Source: the human T2T-CHM13v2.0 reference genome, Homo sapiens. Taken from it: DNA of 64,000 nucleotides. The stretch is taken from the NCBI RefSeq assembly GCF_009914755.1, contig NC_060928.1. The stretch is one strand, 5' to 3'. Within the stretch, counting starts at the first letter, position 1. Every line of letters starts with the position of its first letter. This document shows positions 31,780-45,971 of this stretch, in pieces. The notes beneath the pieces are model-generated. The model was not told the origin of the DNA, did not search any database, and was given only the letters and a program-made list of their open reading frames with translations. A program made the position numbers and the translations under genes.

Positions 31780-33377
31780 TACAAATTTACAAATTACAAA
31801 CTACCTAGTGGGAGAAAATAGGAGCATAAATAATCACGATGTGATGTAATAAGCACATCATCTGAGATATATGCTAGGTTCAGCAGTAACACAGGAGGTG
31901 GGAGAAGAACTAAAGGGACATTTATTCAACATACATTGTAGAGCACCTCCTAAGGGCTGTGCTAGGCTCTGAGACTAAGAAGCAAGGCAGATTGCCCCTG
32001 TGCTCATGATGCCCATGGTGGTCTAGTGACTCCAGATGAAAAGGGTAGCACATGCCCATAAGAGATGAAATAGCCTAGTATATTTGAGGAACTGGATGTA
32101 ATAAGGTATTTCTGGAGCATAGAGTTAAGGGTTAGGGTTAGAGGGAGTGAAAAGGGAAGCAAAGCCAGGCTGTGGGGAACTTGAACGCACAAAAAGGTGT
32201 TTAGACTTTACCCTATGTTTGATGTAGCTTCACTGAAGGATTTGTAGAGGAATGACAGTCAGATCTGCATTTTGAAAGATGATTCTGTTACCAGCATAAC
32301 ATGAGTTGGGTTAGGGTGGATGTGAGCAGTGAGATTAGTGTCAGTGAGACCAAATGAGAGTCTACTGGTCTAGTCCAGACGAGAAGCCAAAAAAGCTTGA
32401 ACTAGGTGAGTGCCAGAGAGTACAGAGAGAAGAGAAGCAATTCAAACAATCTGGTACAGCTGGCCTTTGATCTTCACAAGAGATTTGTCCTTGCAAACCC
32501 CCTATCTGATGACCATGGAAGTGTTTATAGAAGGGCCTGGCTTTCTCTCAAACAACTTTCCATTGCCACTTAGAGATTCCTTTCCTGTACCTGTCTTGAT
32601 ACCATCAGTTAAATGACTATTAATTTTTCATCGTATCTTTCTGTTTCACTTGAGCAGTTTTTGCACTCAAACTGGAATGACCATTGAAGTGCTTTTGCAA
32701 TGACGAAGTTGGTTATTATGATGCTCATCTAAACCACTGCCAAATATGACATTTCACTTCAATTTATCCAAATGATTTTCTTAGTCTGCATTCTCTTTCT
32801 TTTCACCTCTGCCATAAGCAACAAGTAATAAGTTCTTTATAGAATTGTGTTTCATAAGAAATAAAGTTTTGTTTTTGTCACTGTATATGCTAGGACAAGT
32901 AAGGAACCACAGAGTTGAATATGGAGGCAGGATGGGTTTCTATGACAGCTAGAAGCAGTGACTCACTTCTGTACCTTAGCTATACATCAACCTACATTAA
33001 ATACTGCCTCAGGATGTAATGAAGTAATGCATATAAGGTAGTTAATATTATATCTAGTATACCGGAAGCATTCAAAAAATGTTAGTAATATAGTGAAATT
33101 TAATGCAGGTATCGAATTGTTTTTTTTTAATTTAATGGATATGAACTCTCTACCTCAGGCCAAAAAATTTTACATACAATTTCAGAATACATACAAAGGT
33201 ATGAAAATAAGCATTATGTAGGTATTACTGCATATGCTAAAAACTAACACACATATGCACACACACACACACATATATACACGCTAGTACATGAGAAAAC
33301 CAAAGACCATTAAGTTAAAAAAGAGCAAAGTGAAAACACATAAATTGCATTATCTTGTGTAAAAATTTTTATAAATC

Positions 33378-33625
33378 TAGAGCTAGACAGGAGGAATAAG
33401 TTCTAGTGTTCTATACCACTGTATGATGACTATGGCTAACAATACTATGTTACATAGGTTCAAAATAGCTAATAAAGGATACTGAATGTTCCCAACACAA
33501 AGAAATGGTAAATGTTTGAAATGATGAATATGCTAATTACACTTATCTAATCACTTTACATTATATATATCACATCACTATGTACCCCATAAATATATAC
33601 AATTAGTATGTGTCAATTAAAAAGA
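33378..33625 (+). mobile_element. L1MA 3' terminal fragment
   Basis: tagacaggaggaataagttctagtgttcta...atcactatgtaccccataaatatatacaatt. Confidence 0.85.
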
Positions 33626-34219
33626 TTTTCTCTTAGGAAAATAACAAATTTTTACAACTTTTAGAATATCTCTGTATTTTCAGAATAAAGTAATGAAAAA
33701 TTTCACAATTATTCTGGGAAAAATATTCATGTGCTGTTTTCAGGATAACATGATTCATATCATCTGACATTTTGGGGGTCTTTTGCTGGCAATAAAAGTT
33801 CACATGCTGAGAGTGGCTAAGCACGCTGCAAAGTGATTTCTCAGTTGCTATTGAGGTGTTTTAAGGTTCATTCCCTGTAAACACACGAATTTCTAGAGTG
33901 TTGTTTTTTTTAAACCTCTCAAGAGTTTACATGTCTGTAAAATGTCACTTAATGTCACTGGGATTCATGCAAATTGAAGCTTTTACCTCTGCTATAAAAA
34001 TAAAGGTTGTCACCTACAATGAAAAATGTGAATGTGTCATCTCTCTGAGGTGCTGCTTCACCAGACCCAAGGCATCAGAGCAGTGTTCCCTATACTAAAG
34101 AAAAAGAGACAGATTTGAAACTTTCCCCAGTAAGACAAAGATAGTCTGGGGGCAAGACTTCCTTGAGATACATTTAGCATAAGTGCGAGTTGTAAGGCTA
34201 GGGCCTTGCGATTGAAAAT

Positions 34220-34370
34220 ATGGTCTTCTAACCATCAGCAGCATCATCAGCATCATTGACCCCTGTCAGAAATACAGAATCTCAGGCCCTACCCCAGGCC
34301 AAGTGAATCAGAATCTGCATTTTAACAAGATTGACAGTGATTTGGAGGCACATTAAGGTTTGAGGAGATC
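34220..34370. mobile_element. MER5B-like fragment
   Basis: agaaatacagaatctcaggccctacccca...tgaatcagaatctgcattttaacaaga. Confidence 0.75.
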
Positions 34371-34688
34371 TCAGCTTAAATCAGTGGCTGGTTTGGGCAC
34401 TATCATTAACATTGTTTCTCATTAAACAACTTCATATATTTATTTTTCTATAAATTGTTTTTATTATTTACATTACTAAGTACTATATGGCTATTTTATT
34501 TTAACTACTTGAACATATACTTCAAAATGCTGTGTTTTCCTATGGAAAACTAATGTGTCTATTTTTTAAATGACCCACTTTCAGGAAACTAACCATGACT
34601 TAAATTGAGACAGAAAAAAAATACTGTAATAGGTGGACTTTAAAGGTAGCCCAAGAATACTGCAAATTACAAAGTCAAAAATTTACTA

Positions 34689-35303
<615 letters not shown>

Positions 35304-36328
35304 TCAGGAAAGATGGTTGCATTGATAAAACAGTGGGCCTCTTATGCAAGGCCCAGAGCAGGCTCCTCCAGTATCTGCAGTAAAGCCATTACCTTCACTC
35401 TCTCTTGACCCAACCCTAACCGTTTAACAGGAGCACTTCTGATGTCCATATCCACAATGCCCATGCAATTCTGAGACCTCAGTGAGACTTGATGCATCCA
35501 CCATGAAACCATAGTTATCTTTACTCCCCCGCAGGGAGGGCCCTCTAGGTACAGTCTTATCAAGCTCATCTGGGGCAATTTCAGGAAGTCTGTACCAAAG
35601 CGGACTGGATCCCAGAAGGAAGAATACAGATGCCTGATATTATTCTAAACCAGGCGGAAGACTGGGTTTCTTCCCCAAATTCTCCAGCCTATAACCATAA
35701 GTTGCCATAGCCAATTCACTAACATATGCAAGAAGGTACATTTCCCCTCAGAACCTGTGCATCATGGTTTTCTATGAGACATTTCCTGACAACTGCATTG
35801 GTGCCCTTGCTTCTAAAATAAATATTGATTTTAGACTAAAGTAGAACTTAGACCCAAAGGGTAAAGACTGGAAAGCTGCAAGTGAGAAAAGAAGGAAATA
35901 TATTAGGTAATGTCTCCCACAAGTATATCACTTAAAAACATTTCAGAGAGAAGCTAACTTTTTTGCTTTTATATTTTTGTTCTTAAAACTTGACAGTTAA
36001 GCAAGAGAAGACATTTTTAAAATTTGGTACATTAATAAATTCAGATCAACAAAAGAGAAACTACTCAGTGTGAGTGAATTTTTTAATTTTTTCAAAAAGT
36101 TACCTACAATATCAATTATAGAACTTAGGTTTATTGAGATAATTTTGCTTTTATAGACAGCACCACCTCTAAACACCACAACTGCTGCAGATGCAGCAGA
36201 AAAGCTGCATTATACCCATTTTATAAAATTTCATTACTTAAAGAGGATATTTAAAATCTAAAAACTGACAGTCCAATTCAAGCAGGATTGAAACTGCCTA
36301 TCTTCGGTAGTAGCATGCGTTTTAGCTA

Positions 36329-36766
<438 letters not shown>

Positions 36767-37614
36767 TCATTTGTGCCCTGTCTTGCCTCTGATGCAGATG
36801 TAAGCATTCTCCAGGTTGGAGAACCTGAGCACATCAGCTGCTGGTACGCCTCCTTCTCAGAGTGACCACTTTGGACAAGAAAATAATTGTTCATAGGTAT
36901 GACATGACTAATGTTTCTATGAGCTTCTTTCTCTGATGACAGGTGCAGCAAAATATGGTTTCAAAGATTAAGCCAATGAGATTTTTTGGCCTTTGTCCAT
37001 CAGCCCCGTTATTTCACAGACTATTTTAGAGCTATGTATCAGGTAGACACTATTCTAGATGCTTCACATACATTATCTCATTTGATCCTCATACTGTTCC
37101 TAGCAAGTCAAGTTTCAATTTAGAGATGGGTATCACTTTTTCTTTATTCCCACCTTATCATCACATTCCAGGAAGGGGTAGACCTTCATATGACAAGACC
37201 CTGATCCACCAGGTCACAGTTGACTAGACCAGAGGTTGACACCTGATATCAAGTAAACTGTGCTAATCAAATTCATATCTGTAGGAATTTGCAGCTGGAT
37301 ATATAAAATATTAAAACCAATAAATGCTGTAATAGGCTATATTTGATCCATTTGTAAGTCTTTAGAGCGAATAAAAAACGATGTAGAGACAAAAGACCAT
37401 TTGGCTCTAAGACAAACTCACTCAGTACTCACTGATGCCTATGTTTCAATTCCTAGATTGACTTGTTTCTGAGGCCTACCGCATTTCATGTCCTTGGGGG
37501 TTCATAAGGCACCCTGTATCTTTACAATTATTTCTCCTTTCTTCTTAAATTACCTTGAATAGATAAGGTCATCTACTGAATACATTCAGTACAACCCAAT
37601 GGTCTCTAAGAGAC

Positions 37615-37750
37615 TATCCTTATCTTTGTTTTATAGATGAGGAAACATACTCAGAGAGTTTAAGCAAGTTACCCGAGATCATGCAGATAGGAAAAAGTGG
37701 AATTCAAGCCCAAATCTACATGACTCCAAAATTTGTGCCTTTCACCACTA
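37615..37750 (-). mobile_element. MIR fragment (other half near 37030-37130)
   Basis: ttttatagatgaggaaacatactcagagagtttaagcaagttacccgagatcatgcag. Confidence 0.75.
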
Positions 37751-40229
37751 GATTAATTTAGATCCAAAAATTTTAATGTACCTTGCTGTTTGTTAAAGCT
37801 GTCTAAATCTAAGCTAGAGGCTTTATGATTTACAGAAGTTATTGCCATGTCTTCTTAGAGTTTAATACTCAAAACAACTGCTCATTGTAAACAGACAGAC
37901 ATAGAGTATCCATATTTTCATCTACATCATTAAGTCTAGGGAAGTGAAACTTCCTGCTTTCTAGCTGAGTTGGCCTCCTTTCAAGGACTCCAGATCTAAT
38001 TGCTTTTGCAGAACATGTATATTTCCAATACGTTAGACTCATCTGCTCCCAAGGAAAAATTTGACTTTTTTCTGGTCAATTTGCTATGCACAATTTGTCA
38101 TCACTAGACCATTCCTATTGTTTATCTTTATGGATGGTTTCCCAGATGAAATTGACATATATTTTTTTCTCTTTCTAACTAGCCACAAGGCTAGAGTTAC
38201 TCATGTAACTCTTCAACAGCTCAGCTCTGGAGTTTAGCTATTAGCCTTTCTTTATGGAGAAAAAAACCCCACTTAAGCAATCCTATTACCATATCTGAGC
38301 TGTTTTGGTTTTTGTCCTGGGATGTGGGGCCTCACCACTCTATCATCCTACATAACTGCTTAGCTTACAAGAATCTGGACTTGGGCCACTCTGATTCAAT
38401 GATTATGAGAATGGTTTAGGTTAAGACGTTTTTATTGTATTTCAAGCAAAAAACCATCACTTGCTGTAAATCCACCAATTTTGGTTACTTTAAATTTGTT
38501 ATACCCATAACATTATAACATCAACAGGAATTAGTAAAAATCATCCAGATGTCCATCACTCCAAGAAATCACCTTCATTAGTTTTCCTGTATTATTTTGT
38601 GTTCTGTTTGTATACATGTATACATTTTACCTAGTTTTAATCATAACAGATGGCACTTTTAGTTAGCTTTCCTTCATATAATTTGTCAGGAATCACTTTT
38701 TTGAACTGCTAATTCTTTTAAATTATTGTTTGAGTAGCCACATTCAACCATGTCAGATGTTAAACTTTTAGTGTTTCTTGTTACTTCTTTAAACAATGCT
38801 AAATCTGGTAACCTAGCCTTTGAGGTGACAAGCTCATGCTTATACCCCCTCATCATGAGTGTTGACAACCATTGGCCACATGTAAGCAAAAACTAAACTG
38901 GCAGCAGGAGAGCTCATCCCAGGATGTTGCCAGTTTTTCATTTGCCTGGCATGGGATCAGTATGCACCCATCTCTTTCTTGGCAGTAATCTAGGCAGATT
39001 TGGAAGGTTTTCATCATACTTAACTTGGGGTTCAAAAGCAACGACAACAAAAAAGCAGCTAGAGATCACTGCAACAACACATTTCATACTGAGGGCAATA
39101 CGGGTCAGTAGGTGACATGCAGTACAAATTGAAACTAGTGTTTTCTATAAGCACTCAAAGTTGTATGCCTCTATCTTCTCTCCAAATAGGTCCCAAATAT
39201 GTTACAGAAAAATCTAGGATGGCATTTTCCTCCTTTGACCACAGCTGAGACTCAGAGGGACTTGAGGTCTTTCTGGTACTATTAGTGAACATCTTTGAAT
39301 TTTTCTCCTCTGGACCCTCAGTCAGTGCTTCTAGAACTGTGTGCCTCTTTTGGCTACTGTAAAAGGCACGGTGATTTAAGCCTGGAGAAATGTAAATCTG
39401 GGCAACCAACAACCTCCCGTCTATCCTTCAAACACATATACACACACTTTTACACATATCGGTTCATTTTCTTATCAAACACAAATACATGGAACAACAC
39501 AGTAACAAGAAAAGCAAAGAGACCGGGGGTAGATAAGAGGTAACCTACATTTCCTAAGGTATTTATACTGACCATCCCTCAGCCTTACCTTTACAGGGGG
39601 ATTCTCTCTTAAGTCAGGTTGCAGTGTTTAAAACGCTATGCAATTTGCTACTGTGTTACTCAGTTTCCAAAAGCCACAATCTACTCAATTCACCTGTTCT
39701 GAATCTTTCTTGATTCTCAAAGAAGCCTGTCTCTGAAGAGCTCCATCCTTCTGGGTCACACTTCCTTCTGATATGGGGCCTCTCTCTTCTGTGAAGGTCT
39801 CTATTCCAGTCTTCCTGAAGCAGCCCGATGTACCCTTCTTTCTCTGCCTTTTCAAATGGCCACAGTGATGTCACTCTCAGCTGTTTCTAAGCTGGTTCCT
39901 AACCTCAAGACTAAGGGAATGACTCAGCTGGAATCAGTAACCTTGTCTTTAAAAGGTCAGACTATTTTGAACCACCACCACCACCATAGACTTAATGCAG
40001 TCAACCCGTTTAACAGACAGGTATAAATTAAATACGGGCATACTAAACATGTGTTCTGAGTAAAAGAGACTTATAAAAGATGGAACATTGTTTGCCAAGA
40101 TTCAAAAAAGTTTTAACTTTGAAATTTCATTACAGTTAGTCTGTTGAGAATGGTAGACAATTTTAAAGCTACTAGTGAACTCCCAAAACTCAATTCGGCA
40201 GGCTTTCCTCTGACCTCATCTTCCTTGAC

Positions 40230-40400
40230 CACTAGGCCTTAGAGTCCAAAGGCTGGAGGGGCCGAAGTTCTGATGTCCAAAAGAAGGAGATGAAGTGTGT
40301 CCAGCTCCAGGAGAGAGAGGAGAGGAAAGAGAGAGAGAGACTAGCATTTGATACAATTGTCCCTCTAACCTTCCGTTCCTATCCTGGCTTCTCTGACACC
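40230..40400 (-). mobile_element. MLT2 (ERVL) LTR fragment
   Basis: agtccaaaggctgga...agttctgatgtccaa...tgtgtccagctccaggagagagag. Confidence 0.65.
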
Positions 40401-41378
40401 CACAATGCCAAGTTAGTTTTGCTCTCATTCCTTTCCTGCTCCCTCAGGTAGTTTATTCATGACGAGTGTCTGCAGTTATCACCTGCATGTGGTTTCTTGG
40501 TATTAGTTGGGAGTTGCAAGTAATAGAAACCTAACTTGAACTAGCATAAATTTTACAAACATATTTAAGGATCTTAGGCAAGAATGAAGCTGCCTAAATA
40601 AGGAATACTTGGGATCAGAGACTCAAACATGTGAGTTTTCTACCAATTTTGTTTTCTTTTTCTGTGTGACTGTTTCATTTTCCTGTGTGCAGACCATTTT
40701 GAATTTATATCTCTTTTGTTCCAGAGAGCAGGAAGACTGGGTTGTAATGTCTTGGTCTCAATTCCAGATTTCTAAGTAAGGCTTTTGATTGGCTCAGTTT
40801 AGGCTTAGGTCTCGAATAAATCAATTTCAGCAGGGGGTACAGTCAAGGGAAAAGGTTAAGTGATCACCTTGGATCAATCAACCATGGCTAGGTGGTCATA
40901 AGAACATGGTGTCCCTAATGTCACCTCCAGACTTAACCTCCCATCTGAGCACATAAAGAATTTGCTAGATATTATCACATGCTGCCATCTCCAACTTAAC
41001 AAGCCTGAAACTGATCTCATAATTTCCCACCCAAACTATAGGCCACCTTTACTATTTGTGAATGAATAGTATTATCATTCTCTCACCATCCTTGGCCCAA
41101 ACCTTGAATCATCCTGCCTCATCTCTTTCTCTTCTGAGTGCAGTCATCAATTTGTAAAATAGTACTGATTAATATTTAGTGGATATTTACTGTATACCAC
41201 TAAATGGTACATGTATTATCTCCTTTAATTCTCAAACAAACCCCTGAGATAGATTCTATTGGTAAAGCCATTTTTACAGATTAAGAAACTAAAAAAGTTA
41301 GCTTGCTCAAGATCATACAACTACAAAGCAATGGGACTTAGAAATAAATTTAAGTCTGTTCAAACTCTGAGCCAAAGC

Positions 41379-41690
41379 TTTTGTTTTGTTTTGTTTTGTT
41401 TTTTTGAGACCAAGTCTCACTCTGTTGCCCAGACTGGAGTGCAGTGGCTTGGTCTTGGCTCACTGCAACCTCCGCCTCCTGGGTTCAGGTGATCTTCTGC
41501 CTCAGCCTCCCGAGTAGCTGGGACTACAGGCATGTGCCACCACACCCGGCTATTTTTTATTCTGTATTTTTAATAGAGACAGACTTTCACCATTTGGCCA
41601 GGCTGGTCTCAAACTCCTGACCTCAGGTGATCTGCCGGCCTCAGCCTCCCAAAGTGCCGGGATTACAGGTGTGAGCCACAGTGCCCGGCC
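41379..41690 (-). mobile_element. AluSx-like inserted at end of a MIR (~41200-41370)
   Basis: Dimeric Alu; TSD agccaaagc/attt. Confidence 0.93.
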
Positions 41691-41944
41691 TAAGCCAAAG
41701 ATTTTAACAATCATGCGATACTGTCTTATCGCTTCTCTAACATTTTTGTTACATAATATTTCTGATATCTCGTACCCTACAAATCCCTCCCCAATCAGCT
41801 TGTACACCCACACAAACAGCCCTGGCACTGCCATTCCCCTACAGCTGGAAAGCTAGAGTCAAGTGTGAGTAGTCCAGACTTTTTCAGGAGTTGCAGTGCT
41901 ATGTTCCTTGACATTATATGTTAATTTTTAAAACAATGTGTTCA

Positions 41945-42243
41945 TTTTTTTTTTTTTTGAAACAGGTCTCACACCCATCACCCAGGCTGGAGTGCAGTAG
42001 TGTGATCATGGTTCACTGCAGCCTTGATTTCCTGGGTTCAGGTGATTCTCCCACCTCAGCCTCTCGATTAGCTGGGACTACAGGCACATGCCACCACTCC
42101 CAGCTAATTTTTGTATTTTTTTTTATAGAGACAGGGTTTCACCACATTGCCTAGGCTGGTCTTAAACTCCTGGGCTCAAGCAATCCTCCTGCCTCGGCTT
42201 CCAAAAGTGTTGGGATTACAGGCATGAGTCACGATGCCCTGCC
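41945..42243 (-). mobile_element. AluJ
   Basis: cactgcagccttgatttcctggg; ctcctgggctcaagcaatcctcctgcc. Confidence 0.92.
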
Positions 42244-42639
42244 AGTTTTTGTTTGTTTGTTTGTTTTTTTAAAGTAGTGAAATGTATTAGCTTGTTCTAT
42301 TTCCCTTTAAATCATTCATTCCTCTGTTATCTTCTATATTTTTCATGACTCAATGGACACCTGCAAAAATTCCAAAGCATAAAATGCTTTAGATGGATAT
42401 AACCACTTATTGTTGGCCTATGTGTTGAATATATCATATTTTCTTTGACTAGATGCATCTCACTGTTAAGACTATTCCTAGGAAAGACCTTCCCATAATG
42501 TGCATCAATTTTCAAGTCTGGCGAACCTTGCAAATCCTTCACCAGGGCACATTTTCCCTTGGAACATGGCAGTGTAGATCTCTTCTCACATATAAACATT
42601 TGCTGGCCTATGTTGAATTTCTATTGCTTATAGTTAGTA

Positions 42640-43095
42640 GTTATAGTAGGGGGACTTTAAAATGGTGCCCAATGACCCTCTCCTCCTGATCTTCACTCCT
42701 TTGTTTAATCCCTTCTCTCAAGTGTAGGCTAAACCTCATGGCTTGCTTCTACACAATAGGATACAGCAAAGTTGACAGATGTCACTTCCAAGAGTGGTTA
42801 CAAAAGATGGTGACTGCTGTCTTGCTAGGAGACTCTATTTCATTGTTGGCTTGTACACTTTGATGAAGCAAGCTGCTATGTTAAAGAGGCACATATAGTA
42901 AGGGGATGAGCAAGAAGCCAAATCTTCCTATCCACCAATGTAAGCTTGGAAGCAAATCCTTCCCCAGTCAAGACTTGAGATGACCCTGGAAATATGAAAA
43001 CCTGTTAGGCCCTTCCTGGATTCCTTGACCCACAGAAATTGTGAGATAATAATGTTTGTTGTCTTAGGCCACTAGGTTTTATGGATTTTTACTCA
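42640..43095 (+). mobile_element. MLT1 (F/G/E-like) MaLR LTR
   Basis: gatgtcacttccaaga...gacccacagaaattgtgagataataatgtttgttgtcttaggccactagg. Confidence 0.78.
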
Positions 43096-43169
43096 GAAAC
43101 AGATTAATAATATAACAAAATTCAAAACATCAACCTTTCCTCTATTAAACTGATGTAATCATATATTTG

Positions 43170-44778
43170 ACTTTTTGGGAAAAATTATTTTTACAACTGT
43201 TTAACTTTTATTTGAGTCACACAATAAGCTATTTTTGTCCATCCTTAGAGTGTTTCCAGTTGATGACTTCCAGTATCCTATGCTAGGAACAGGGAAAGAG
43301 GCAAATGCAAACATGTGGCTCCTTTTCTGTTAACACTCCAACATTTGAGAAGCTGCAGCAAGTACACTTCCAACATAATTATGTGAGCCTTTCAATGTGA
43401 CTTCTTGCCAATCCAAGGTCCCTCAACTAACATTCTTTCTACCGTCAATTTCTTCATGTAATATTCTTCTTACTAAATACTAAACACACACTAAAAATTT
43501 ATATTTCAAAACTTAAAAATATAGCATATTAGTTTAGAAAACTAATGAGAACAGTAGGGAAAAATATCTTTATAATCTGAAATGATTCCAAAATTAATCC
43601 CAAAGTGCATACAATTCAGGCTGCCAAATAATCTATTAGTTATCAGTTGTAGTGAATAAATTACCAACTCCTTTTTATGATGTGATGACAACTTTGGCTT
43701 TAGTGACCATATTCTCTGTGATAACAAAGAGCAAAGGGGCACCCACTACCTATTTCCTTAGATGTAAAGTGTTGTACTCCTATTTTCACAGATTACAGAA
43801 AGACAATTGTTTTTGTGAATTATTTTCTTGGGAACAGAATTTTTACACTGATCCTGCCTCAAAGGTTTGTATTCTATATAAAGCAATAGCCAAATTTGTT
43901 TGTGGAGAAAATAAACAAATATTTACTGTTTCTCCCTTTTTTCTCCAAGAAGCACCACCTTAAGCCATATATATCTGTGCACCCCCATAAACCATCAAGT
44001 GTAATACTGGCCAGTTAGATGATCCTTTTTAGGGGAGAAAAAAGGGTCAGAAGCCAAATAGCATCTGCATGTAAAACGTTCTTTATTTCTCCAAAAAATA
44101 AGAAATCTAACTTGAAACTGCACTTTAACGCCAGATACCTTTTAGTATGCATGCAGGTTTCACTAAATAATTCTTTGTCTCAGTCACCCCAAGTATCCAA
44201 CCCTGAGACCAACTCTTAACACTCCTCACAAAATATATTCCTTGTAATAAATTGCAAAAAGCTTTCATGGGATGGACAATTGGTTAGAGAGGATGAATCT
44301 AATCTGTGCCACAGAGTATTTGGCCAACATCAATTCCAGCTCCCACACCACCTGTTATCTTTGGAATTCTGTCTCTGTTTTAAATCATTCTTTCAATGCA
44401 CATTAGAAAGAGGCACTAAGGAGTGGCAAACCTAATTTGTTGCACTTTTTGTTTTATACCATGGGAAAATATCTACACAAACAGATGCTAATATAAAGAC
44501 AGTGTTTTTAATAGAATGGTTGGTTTATGTTCCTCCCATTTGTTCAAAGTACTAACACATCATTAACATTCAACACTGAAAAACTTAGATTGACACACAC
44601 TTTTATTGTCCAACATAAGTGTTAAGGGAAAGACAGCCACAGATTTGCATTCATCTCTTTCCTGTTCCCAGCATAGGATACTAGGAGCCACAGATTGGAA
44701 ACATTCCAAGGATGAGCAAAAAGAGCTTACTGTTGGACTCATACATAATAATTAAACATAATTTTGCCCAAAAAAGTT
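43170..44778. repeat. Diverged inverted repeat: 43170-43337 vs 44618-44778
   Basis: e.g. agtatcctatgctaggaacagggaaagag vs rc agtatcctatgctgggaacaggaaagag; collinear over ~165 bp. Confidence 0.9.
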
Positions 44779-45971
44779 GCTGTGAGTCAATCACAAGTAA
44801 TATTTTAAAATTTAAAATGTTAAGTCACACAGTATTCCTGAATTTACATTTGATCTTTAATTCATAGTCACATTTACAAGCAATATTATCAGGTTGGGCA
44901 GTGGTAAAAATCAAATTATGGTTTGAGAGTCTACCAACTTCTTATTACAAAAAAAGATCTCTGTATGAAGAATATTATTTTGTATTAAAACTATCAGTTT
45001 TAAACAGCTGTCAGTCAGAAAGAAATTTACAGCAAAGAATAGTAAATGATGTATATCTTCTTTTCCTTAGTCAGGACAACACAATAATTTTTAACCACAT
45101 ACAGTATGAAGGGGCAAATAATTATGTTTCTACATTAAAGGAGGCAAAGTACACAAGAAAGCATGACAAAAAGCAAAAGCAAAAATAAAACAAGTTTAGA
45201 TTAAGATCTAGTTTCAAGCCAGTCCCCATCACTTGCTAGTCATGTGGCTTTAAAAAATTAACCTCTGTAGATTCTACATTCCTCTTCCAATAAGCAAGAT
45301 TCTTTCCAGTTCACAAAGTTCTAAATTCGAAATCCTCCTTCAGATTCAGAAAAGCAACCTACAGTCTATAGCTGTTGTACTTTCTGCAGATTTCTGTATT
45401 AAATAAAATCTATCTGTAAATGGTTAAGTATATTCTAGAGACAAATTAACAGACATTAATGTAAATTACATTAATAGTACTTTGTTTTGTGGGGCAGGAT
45501 ACAAGCTGGAGTAGGTATTGGTAAAAATGAAATTATGGTTTGAGAGCCTACCAAGAGTTCTAAAATCTTAATAAATCAAGAGTTTTAAAAATTTTCTTAA
45601 AAAACTAAAGAAAATGAGAAGTCAAAGGAATGACATGTGATGTTATAGAAGGAAAAGGAAAAAAATTAACTTTTCTTTGAGAAAAATATCCCCTAAAACA
45701 TAGTAGTTTCGAGTAAGTGGGGTTTTAAGTGCAACAGGTGACCTTTAAACTATTTTTCATGAGAGTGTATCAACTGAACTAATTTATATTACATCCAGGT
45801 GGATTACGTTTTTCTCATTTTCACTATATATTATTCTTATTTGTTCTACCACTCTCTTCACATTATTTAGGTCTTCTATGACTGTGGTCAAATCATGGTA
45901 TTTCTCATCAGAAAATCAAAATATGTTACTGCTACTTTCAAGTTCAGGAGGTCAAGTTTCAAACATGGAAG

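Noticed and set aside
32125-32142. ttaagggttagggttag telomere-like motif
   Set aside because: Only one to two exact units; too short to call an interstitial telomere.
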